DNA of 44,485 nucleotides from Burkholderiales bacterium (GTDB lineage Bacteria; Pseudomonadota; Gammaproteobacteria; Burkholderiales; Burkholderiaceae_C): NCBI GenBank assembly GCA_043749095.1, contig JAYVEB010000024.1, positions 1 to 44,485 of the forward strand, read 5' to 3'. Shown piece by piece: positions 36,101 to 42,791 of this stretch (position 1 is its first letter; each line of letters starts with the position of its first letter). The notes under the pieces were generated by a model. It saw only the letters and a program-made list of their open reading frames with translations, ran no database searches and was not told where the DNA came from. The position numbers and the translations under genes were made by a program.

Positions 36101-37868
36101 GCTGGACCTGAGCAACCTCGGCAACATGACCGACAAGGACAGCGCGAAAACCGAGCTGACCTCTCTCGCCAACCAGTTCACCTCGGGCCAGCTGCTGGGC
36201 GGTGGCAACTACTACACCGAAACGGCGGCGGGCGCAGCGGGTGACAAGGTCGCGGTGGCTGGCTCGTTCGCGGTCAATGTGTTCAAGGACGCCACCGATG
36301 CCTCGATCGGCGCGGGCGCCCAGGTGTCCGCCGCCAGCGGCACCATCGCGCTGACCGCAAACAACAACACCGTGGCGCGCTCGCTGGCCGGCAGCCTGTC
36401 GGTTGGCGGCCGCGTCGGGGTCGGTGTGTCCACCGCCGATGTCGCCAGCACCAATGTGACGCGCAGCCACATCGACGATGGCGTGCAGGTCACGGCGTCA
36501 GGTGGCATCCAGCTCGCGTCCAGCAACCAGCAGGACATTGAGGTCATCGGCGTGGCCGGTGGCGTCGCCGGCAATGTGGCGGTCAGCGGTGTTGCCAACG
36601 TCATCACACTGAACAACACGTCTGAAGCCTATGTCGCGCCATCGACAACGACGGTGCTGAATTCCACTGGCGCGTTCGGGGCCAGCGCCACCAACACCGT
36701 CAAGGGGTTGAACGTGGCCACGGGCCTCGCGGTCAGCGGCAGCGTCGCGGTCGGCGTCGTCGGCGCCGTCAACACGCTGGGTACCGACGCCAGCCACCAG
36801 TTTGTCACCCGCGCCTACATCGGCGACGACGCCAAGGTCAACGCCGCGACGACGGCCACGCTCAGCGCGATCGCAAGCGAAGACCTGACCACCTTCGCAA
36901 TCGCCGGCGCTGCCAGCGGCTCGGTCAGCGTCGGTGGCGCCGCCGTGGTCAACGTAATCAACACCGACACCCGCGCCTACCTTGGCGCAGGTGCCGAGTT
37001 GAACAAGGCGGCCTCGCTGGTCAGCCAGAGCGCCAGCCTGTCGGCGCAGGACACGACCTCGCTGTTCGATGTGGTCGCCGGTGCGGCAGCGAGCGGCAGC
37101 GTGGGCGTCGGTGCGTCCGGCGACGTGGCGGTGATCACCAAATCGACGCAGGCCTATGTGGGCCACGGCGCCTGGGCCGAGACGGCCGGCAACCTGCTGG
37201 TGCAGTCGGCGGCTGCGGAGGATTTCCGCTCTATCGCGATTGGCCTGGGCATCGGCGGCTCGGCCGGTGCGGCGGGCTCGGTGTCGGTGTATTCGCTGAC
37301 CGGGACCACGCTCGGCTACATCGACGACAACGCCAGGCTGCGCGTGCGCGGCAGTGCGCTGATATCTGCCGATGACCAGAGCGTGATGAACCTGATTTCC
37401 GGCAGCGCCTCGGCCGGCGGCTCCGGCGCGATCGGTGCGGCCGCGGGCGTCACGGTGTTCGACAAGACCACCCGCGCGTCGATCGGCGGCAACGCTGACG
37501 TCGAGGTGCTGGGGAATGGCGCCAACGGCATCCAGGCTGCCACCGGCGACATGGCGGTCGATTTCGGTGGTGCGATCAGCGGCAACGGCCGGGTCAAGAG
37601 CACATTGGCGCCTTCCGACGCCAGGGGCGGGTCGATTTCCAGCGGTAACAGCGATGCCATCGGCGCCCGCAACGCCTTCCAGGGCGTCACCAAAACCCGA
37701 ACCGCCACGCCAACGACTACGTTGATGCGCGGCCTGGCCGTCACCGCAACGAACCGCGACAAGCTCAATTCCTTCTCGGTGACCGGGGCGGCCGGCGGCG
37801 CGCTGGCGGTCACGATCGGCGGCAACGTCGCGACGCTGACCACCGACACCGAGGCTGGCATCGGCTAG
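30177..37868 (+). CDS. LktA-family filamentous adhesin/exoprotein, segment 1 (signal region, TPS-like secretion domain, Gly/Ala-rich repeats)
   Basis: MKREVTIARRP...LTAVAMMVQAAFTPQVRAQG is signal-like. Next, TGFNSFSSFQVGQGTTANLVLPNG.STLVNIVGSQVSIDGIVNSIKNGGIGGKVYFASSQGFIVGASGVLNTGSLFVST has the layout of a TpsA haemagglutination-activity domain. From memory it is very close to the Fusobacterium LktA N-terminus. About 2400 aa of degenerate 53-62-aa units of the type VGIGASVAVN......A.I..GA.V.....I.L.A follow. The segment ends at TAG. Confidence 0.8.
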   Translation: MKREVTIARRPVRTLKAQERQAPQRLHQISLTAVAMMVQAAFTPQVRAQGIVIDGRTQTVVGKVGNVSTVTTSTVSGSGASKTGFNSFSSFQVGQGTTANLVLPNGTSTLVNIVGSQVSIDGIVNSIKNGGIGGKVYFASSQGFIVGASGVLNTGSLFVSTPTPSFISGFFSGGNPNSSSAAQLANGTAPINPDGVISIYGHINLIDGTELRAGAVTVGSSGLISAGASFNGTAADFTDVVNANGLVRGGGIVERDGKILIAAGSTVEVSGALGANTVDVSANSTTGGAVQVNLTGADIAGRDLSLAARSTLSDATLLTTLGTRQAQASAKVDVNGGRLASENGSIAINAISEVHTATYSTVPTSVAVLRSSSSANVDAHNGAAIATTVTSGPASGNVQIGAQSITSAVATPGSALANLNGDAMVAVTDVASMAGVHLGAATGDTPATVSRIHTAGSLSMSAVNQVDTTATANASAAGSVAAGATVAVSKLRITTEAIVDRGAQVDSGGALSLSASSVNNAAVTAKSTAKGAQQDSGGTGRAAHALADYGDQAKTSEGGVKVAGAVAVSDWVGSTRAQLGANSGAVAPGSLDAAGDVTVQSLSTNVATVDANASATGGTVGVGVAVGINLGKGSNQALVGQNLGQNQSVRSLQLQADMAPNGASPATNQFITTVASGAGAKSVGVAGALGVNAVDLQSQALLQPGVAVAFNANGTAPLSLQANEASVSDVAVLPTSPTAGGKVGIGASVAVNVVAHRSLAEIANGASVTGAGSIALDATGDHAISTAATAGSAGGIAITPSAAVAVVSNSATADFGAGAAITTQVVNGSSGDITLTARQTAAETTTASGSATGGTAAVGAAVAVAVVNDTVLATSRRDINGAGNVTLSASGASLGTVEATASAAGGKTSDDAGATDSSTGQKKEDGSVDDKLTGLLKLGADNQKAADVGDSDQQAATSGDVSDGSKPSASTSEGKVAVAAAVGVNIENHKTRAVLPDALSISAGKGLTLSSANNTDGRVTTNGATVGDAAVGIGAAVSINLVKSSNQALLGDGAGASGIQVHAGSVTLSALKSDLSSSANPAPPRTDQYLASATAGAGSGKVGIAGSVALNLIDTESLAQIRQGAHVTIVPGDTGAINLSADDRTSVSGQALPADGGASGSKVGIGASVAVNIIANRSIAEVQNNATLTDLGALGIAASGDYAVDTEVEAGASGGIAITPAVALAIVNNTTTTRLGTGSTLVNPGAVTLSVEHASSTTTSAKGSAQGDKAAVGIVLLNDVASATVERNIDTATGAVSVSAHASSASTNTATASAVGGKSDEDAGQTDSTTGKKKEDASVDDKVSNQTAFGKKTQTDTGVGDGDQQTATGNADGNKTSASSDEGKVAVAAAVAVNIVSAKATASVADGVTVKTAGSLTVSASGNTDSSASSDGSTVGSTAKVGIGAAVSVNKVDSHNEASIGSNAQVTAHGVTIESTMTDVGGDTTNTIAAEAKSGAGASNVGIAASLALNLSDTSGKALIKSGAGVDAGGAVTLTAEDDSKSTATAAPTTDGGATGGKVGIGASVALNLITSTSQAQVGANAGITHASSITLTATSQGDSDASATAGATGGKLAFDAAVAVTTLNQSTDASIAAGADISATGDVSVSATSSGQHTATTVGTAKSGSVSIGASVGVITSSSRTTATIDRNVAAGGTFDVAAGSTRYYDASATASAGGSQSDDTYSQNQSQADKSASSSTLKNNQDSQTNQGTKGGGKVNIAAAVGVVAITDNVNAAVTGGRTIQSGAGKAMNIAATSASNFSARGAGGAVDPNFKVGVGIGVGLVISKGSTTAGLANSTHVVQSGDLTVQAISQQNTDAAYAHKLTAEGIAGAGGSKVGVAGAFAVAYSKGTTSATIGDDSLIDGSDAVTLDAENTATLSAKAWAGAFGSVGIGASVATVISDNAYTAKFGGGSDVTAGSLTIEALNHKFSPTPFSLDLSNLGNMTDKDSAKTELTSLANQFTSGQLLGGGNYYTETAAGAAGDKVAVAGSFAVNVFKDATDASIGAGAQVSAASGTIALTANNNTVARSLAGSLSVGGRVGVGVSTADVASTNVTRSHIDDGVQVTASGGIQLASSNQQDIEVIGVAGGVAGNVAVSGVANVITLNNTSEAYVAPSTTTVLNSTGAFGASATNTVKGLNVATGLAVSGSVAVGVVGAVNTLGTDASHQFVTRAYIGDDAKVNAATTATLSAIASEDLTTFAIAGAASGSVSVGGAAVVNVINTDTRAYLGAGAELNKAASLVSQSASLSAQDTTSLFDVVAGAAASGSVGVGASGDVAVITKSTQAYVGHGAWAETAGNLLVQSAAAEDFRSIAIGLGIGGSAGAAGSVSVYSLTGTTLGYIDDNARLRVRGSALISADDQSVMNLISGSASAGGSGAIGAAAGVTVFDKTTRASIGGNADVEVLGNGANGIQAATGDMAVDFGGAISGNGRVKSTLAPSDARGGSISSGNSDAIGARNAFQGVTKTRTATPTTTLMRGLAVTATNRDKLNSFSVTGAAGGALAVTIGGNVATLTTDTEAGIG

Positions 37869-37916
37869 TCCGCCCGCATCAACCAGAACGGCGCGGCGGC
37901 CAATTCCGGCCAGTCG

Positions 37917-40900
37917 GTGCGTGTGGCTGCGGGCAGTGACCAGTTCCATCTCGGATTGGCGGGTGCGGCGGCCGGTGCTGGAGCGGCGGCCATCGGCGCG
38001 GCGGCCGACGTGATGGTGGCCAACAACACCGTCAAGGCGACCATCGGCAAGAACGCGCAGGTCAAGGCCGCGGCTGATGTCGAGGTGCTGGCCCGCGGTC
38101 AGGCGCAATACCTCGAGCTGGGTGCGGGCCTGGCCGCTGCCGGATCGGTGGCGGTTGCCGGCTCGGTGGGCGTGATCTCGCTCAACGACACCACCTACGC
38201 GACCATCGTCGGTGGCACCGGTGCGACCACCCGCGTTGACGCCGGCGGCAACACCCGCGTGGTGGCCGGTGACGACACCGAGACCAACATGATCGCCGGC
38301 GCTGCGGCCGCCGGCTTCGGCACGGCCGGCTTTGGCGTGGCGGTGGGCGTCAACTTGATCAACAAGGACACGCAGGCGACCATCGGCAACGAGGTCACCG
38401 TCAATGCGTTGGGAGGCGCAGGCACCTTCACCGGCTATCGGCCGGACACCGTCTCGGACACCAGCACCGCGGCCATGCGGGGGCTGCAGGTTCAGGCAAC
38501 CTCGAAGGAAGACCTGTTCATGGTGTCGGCGAGTGGCGCCGGCGGTCTCTATGCGGGTGTGTCGGGGGCGGTCACCGTCACGCTCGTCAAATCCGGCACG
38601 CAGGCCGTGATCGGCGATGACGCGAAGATCAACCTGACCAACACCGGTGCATCGACCGCTCAGGGTGTCAACGTCACCGCTCGCAATCAGCTGAAGTCGA
38701 TGGCCTACACCGGCTCGGTGGGGATCGGTGCGGTCGGTCTGTCCGGCGGCGTCGACGTGTTCACCGCCAAGAACAACACCCACGCGGGGATCGGTGACCA
38801 CGCGCAAGTGCATGCGCTCAACGACGTGATGGTCAACGCCTTGTCCGACACCGACCTCCGTTCGGTGGTGGTCAGCGCCTCTGGCGGTGTGGCGGCGGTG
38901 GCCGCCGGTGTCTCTGTCTACTCGGTTGGCGACAAGCTCGGCGCCGACGCACAAGGCCAACTGAGCACCAAGGACGGCAACGTCAAGGACCAGGCGGACA
39001 CCGAAGCGAAGGGCAGCGCGGTCGACGACCTGCTCAAGTCGTCGGACGATCAAAACGTCAAGACGATCAGCGCCAAGGCGCAAGCAATGCGGGCTGGTGT
39101 CTCGACCGGCTCGGCCGTCTCGGGGGCTCCTGCGGCCGGCAATTCCGCGTCGATCGGCACCGGCGCCATCGTGGTGAGCGGCGGCAACGTGGCCGTCAAC
39201 GCCCGTGGCTCGCTGACCTACAACTCGACCACCGGCGCGGCCGCCGTCGGGGCGCTGGGCTTGGGCGCGGGCATCGGCATTGCCAATTTCACCGTCAACA
39301 ACCAGGCCTCGATCGGCTCCAGTGGCGAGATCACTGCCGACGGTGACGTGCTGGTGCATGCCTCGCTCACCGAAACCGCCAACAGCCTGGCCTTCGCCGG
39401 CGCTGGTGGCATCGTTGCCGTCAACGCAGCGTGGGCGGGATTGACCGACGACGCCAGCACCACCACGGCCACCATAGGCGCTCGCGCTAAGGTACACCGC
39501 GCCGACCACCTGACGGTCGAGGCCAAGGACGTGCGCTCGCTGGATGCGCAGGCCATCGGCGCCAGCGTCGGTGCTCTCGCGGGTGGCGCCTCGATCGCGA
39601 CCAGCCAGATCGGTGGCTTGACCGAGGCCCGTATCGACAGCGGCACATTCATCGGCTCGGGCAGCACCGACGTGGTCGGCGACCTCGAGGTGTCGGCCGA
39701 CTCTCGGGTCAAGGCGACCAGCAGCACGCTGGCTGCGGCCGGCGGCATCGCGCTGGCGGCCACCGGCTCGAAAGCCACCGCCACCGCGGCACCAACGGTC
39801 CGGGCCTATGTGGATGGCGGCGCCGTCAATCTGACCGGCGACGCCATCGTGCAGGCGGTGGGCGCCGCAGGTGCCAGCGCCGACGCACTGGGCTTCACCG
39901 TCAGCGGCGGTTTCAGCATCGGGGCGTCGATCGCCCAGGCGCAATCGGCGCCTCTCATCAGCGCCTACCTTGGCGCCGGCACGGTACTGACGGCTGACAA
40001 CCTCACGGTGTCGGCGGCGCACGAGCTGTCCGACTTCGTCTATGCATTCGACAATTCGATCGATTCGCATGTGCTGCAGCGCAGCCATGCCCTGAGCACC
40101 ACCGTGCGCGCCAGCGCGTCCGGTACCTCGGGTGGCCTGTTGCTGGGCGCGGTCGGCACCAGTGCGGAGGCCGACTACGGCAGCGCAGGCGCCGCGGCTC
40201 CGGTGACCGCCAGCGTCGGCAACGGCAGCATCCTGACGGTGCCCGGCACGCTCGACGTGACTGCGACCAACAACAGCCACCAGGACGCCACATCCAGCGG
40301 CCTGGCCTTCGGCATCGCGGCGATCGGATCGAACGACGCCTATGCACGCTCGAATTCCCGTACCGCCGCGAGCTTCGGTGACAACGTGGCCGTGGTCGGA
40401 GGTACCACAGGCCAGTCCCGCATCACGGCGCAAGGCACCGACACCAACATCGCCCAGTCGGTCTCCGGCAGCGGGGGCGTGATCGCTGGTGCGGCAGCCA
40501 CGGCCAACACCGTCGAGATCGGCGACACGCGCGCGGCGATCGGTGATTCGACCTGCGGCGCACCATCGGCCACCTGCGGCATCGCCGCTGGCAGCCTCGC
40601 GGTCACGGCCAACCACGACACCGCCTACAACGGCAAGGTCGACAGCACACAGGCCTCGCTGGCCGGCGCCAGCGGTGCGAGCAACAGCCACGCGGTCTCC
40701 AGCACCGTCAACGTCGATGTCGGTGATGGCGCCAGCGTGACGGCGGGCCAGATCGCGCTGGCCGCCACCAACGCAACCCACAAGTACTGGTGGGGCCAGA
40801 ACTCCGACATCAACAGCATCGACGTCGCCGACGGCGCGGCCTGGAACGTGAACTCCGGCTCCGGCGGTCTGCTGAACCTGCCAGCGGGCAGGACGGTGAC

Positions 40901-42791
40901 GACGATCGATCAGCGCACCAACGTGAGCACCGGCGACAACTCGCTGTTCCATGTGCTGATGCTCGGCGGCAGCAATGCGTTCAGCCTCGACGCGAACAAC
41001 GTGATCGTGTCGTACGACAAGACCAAGCTCGACTCCGGTGGTGCGATCGCGCTGGCCGAATCGAATTCGATCATCAATGCCGGCTCGGCCGGCGACCCAG
41101 CCGACGGCACGCGTCCGAAGGTCAACGCAATCGTCAGTTTGGGCCGGAACTCGACCATCACCAGCGACGCCGGCAACATCGACATCGGCAGCCGCACCGA
41201 CGCGAAGTTCGACGCCCGCGCGGTTGCCAATGCCTATGGCTTGGCCGGCGCGCCTTCGGGCAAGGCCTATGTCAACTACGTTGGCACCAGCAACACCTCC
41301 GTGGGTGATGGCGCGCTGTTGCTGGCGTCGGACCCTGCCGCTGGCAAGGTCAATGTGGCTGCCGGCGAAAACTCCGCGCACCATGTGAGCTCGATCCTGG
41401 CGCACACCGCGGTGAACCTTTGGAACAAGACGGCGGTGCCGATCAATTCGACGCCGGATGCGCAGACCCGCGTGACCCAGAACGCGACGCTGAACCTGAG
41501 CGCGAACAGCAATCTGCTGGCCGCTGGCGACATCGGCCTGGCAGCCCATCGCGGCAACATCCAGGTCAGTGCGGTCGGGGTGGGCAAGGACCTGTACCGA
41601 GAGGCCGCGGGAGCCATCTCGAAGGCGGTCGGCATCAAAGCCTCGCTGGACATCACCGGTGGCATCGCCCCGGCACCGGGTGGCATCGCCCGTGTCAATG
41701 CCAACGGCCGGGTACTGTCGGGCCTGCTGCGTCAATCGGCCACGCAGATCGATCCAGTGATCGTCTCGACCAACCCCGATGGTTCGGTCGTCTGGGACCT
41801 CGCGTATTCGCAGGTCAACAGCACCCAGTACCCGGGGCTGGCCGCCAATCCGCTGAACGGCAGCCTGCGCAACCCATACATCGGGCACCTGACGCCGGGG
41901 CTGCTGTCGGCCGGCCAGATTCAGGTCTCGAACGCGGCGCCGAACTCGAAATTGCTCGACCGCCTGTCCCTGTTGCAAGGGCTTTTGGCGAAGTACCAGT
42001 CCGACCCCGTGTCGCGCGCCGCCTACCAGGCCGAGATCAACTTCCTGACCAAGAAGCTCGGGTCGCAAGGCGTTGGCCAAAAGACCGAGGCGCTGACCAA
42101 CCAGGGCAGCGCGGCCACCGCTGCAGCGGGTGCTGTCGACACCGCACTGGCCAACCACCAGACGCTGATCACCGGCAAGATCACCGGCGCCACCAGCGCC
42201 GAACAGATCGGCGCGGCCGGCAGCCTGATCAATGCGTACACCGCGATCGACGCCAACAACACGAGCATCAACACCAACCTGGTGGTGCTGAAGAATGCGC
42301 CGACCACGGCCAATCTACCGGCCAACACGACCTATGCCGGCCTGACCAGTAACCGCAATAGCGCCGCGACCAGCTACGCCACGCTGCGCACCAAGACCTC
42401 AGACATCGGCAACTACGCCTACGGCTGCGACGCCACAGCAGGCGCGTGTCTGAACCCGCTGGTCGGGCCGCTGGGCAGCTTGACGCAGTCGGTGTCGGCC
42501 GACGGCACGCTTCGCATCGTCAGCGGCAGTGGCTACCTCGGTGCCGTGCAGCAGACGATGGACAACATCAGCCTGCTGGCGCTGCGCCGCACGGGTGCCA
42601 CCGGTGCCTGCCGACCAGCATCGCCGCGCTGTCGGGCCAGATGGACAGCATCAAGGCGGCGAACACCAGCATCATCTCGTCGGCTGCGAACATCTTCACG
42701 CAGCTGTCGCAGGCATCGACCGCGCAGCAGGCCCTGTCCACCGCCTGGCGCGACACCGCCAGCAGCGGCAACGTCGACACGACGCGGGTGA
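37917..42791 (+). CDS. LktA-family filamentous adhesin, segment 2 (repeat continuation, non-repeat beta region, helical-looking module)
   Basis: Same frame as segment 1. The 16 codons between the TAG and the GTG at 37917 (SARINQNGAAANSGQS) are also open and in repeat register. There is no signal peptide or RBS-like sequence of its own. The last ~60 codons (after ~42608) are Arg/Pro-rich nonsense, so the real frame is left there. Confidence 0.7.
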   Translation: MRVAAGSDQFHLGLAGAAAGAGAAAIGAAADVMVANNTVKATIGKNAQVKAAADVEVLARGQAQYLELGAGLAAAGSVAVAGSVGVISLNDTTYATIVGGTGATTRVDAGGNTRVVAGDDTETNMIAGAAAAGFGTAGFGVAVGVNLINKDTQATIGNEVTVNALGGAGTFTGYRPDTVSDTSTAAMRGLQVQATSKEDLFMVSASGAGGLYAGVSGAVTVTLVKSGTQAVIGDDAKINLTNTGASTAQGVNVTARNQLKSMAYTGSVGIGAVGLSGGVDVFTAKNNTHAGIGDHAQVHALNDVMVNALSDTDLRSVVVSASGGVAAVAAGVSVYSVGDKLGADAQGQLSTKDGNVKDQADTEAKGSAVDDLLKSSDDQNVKTISAKAQAMRAGVSTGSAVSGAPAAGNSASIGTGAIVVSGGNVAVNARGSLTYNSTTGAAAVGALGLGAGIGIANFTVNNQASIGSSGEITADGDVLVHASLTETANSLAFAGAGGIVAVNAAWAGLTDDASTTTATIGARAKVHRADHLTVEAKDVRSLDAQAIGASVGALAGGASIATSQIGGLTEARIDSGTFIGSGSTDVVGDLEVSADSRVKATSSTLAAAGGIALAATGSKATATAAPTVRAYVDGGAVNLTGDAIVQAVGAAGASADALGFTVSGGFSIGASIAQAQSAPLISAYLGAGTVLTADNLTVSAAHELSDFVYAFDNSIDSHVLQRSHALSTTVRASASGTSGGLLLGAVGTSAEADYGSAGAAAPVTASVGNGSILTVPGTLDVTATNNSHQDATSSGLAFGIAAIGSNDAYARSNSRTAASFGDNVAVVGGTTGQSRITAQGTDTNIAQSVSGSGGVIAGAAATANTVEIGDTRAAIGDSTCGAPSATCGIAAGSLAVTANHDTAYNGKVDSTQASLAGASGASNSHAVSSTVNVDVGDGASVTAGQIALAATNATHKYWWGQNSDINSIDVADGAAWNVNSGSGGLLNLPAGRTVTTIDQRTNVSTGDNSLFHVLMLGGSNAFSLDANNVIVSYDKTKLDSGGAIALAESNSIINAGSAGDPADGTRPKVNAIVSLGRNSTITSDAGNIDIGSRTDAKFDARAVANAYGLAGAPSGKAYVNYVGTSNTSVGDGALLLASDPAAGKVNVAAGENSAHHVSSILAHTAVNLWNKTAVPINSTPDAQTRVTQNATLNLSANSNLLAAGDIGLAAHRGNIQVSAVGVGKDLYREAAGAISKAVGIKASLDITGGIAPAPGGIARVNANGRVLSGLLRQSATQIDPVIVSTNPDGSVVWDLAYSQVNSTQYPGLAANPLNGSLRNPYIGHLTPGLLSAGQIQVSNAAPNSKLLDRLSLLQGLLAKYQSDPVSRAAYQAEINFLTKKLGSQGVGQKTEALTNQGSAATAAAGAVDTALANHQTLITGKITGATSAEQIGAAGSLINAYTAIDANNTSINTNLVVLKNAPTTANLPANTTYAGLTSNRNSAATSYATLRTKTSDIGNYAYGCDATAGACLNPLVGPLGSLTQSVSADGTLRIVSGSGYLGAVQQTMDNISLLALRRTGATGACRPASPRCRARWTASRRRTPASSRRLRTSSRSCRRHRPRSRPCPPPGATPPAAATSTRRG

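Noticed and set aside
37866-37868. TAG as programmed readthrough or pyrrolysine recoding.
   Set aside because: There are no pyl genes or recoding signals in view, and this taxon is not known for amber recoding. A simple nonsense mutation or base-call error explains it.
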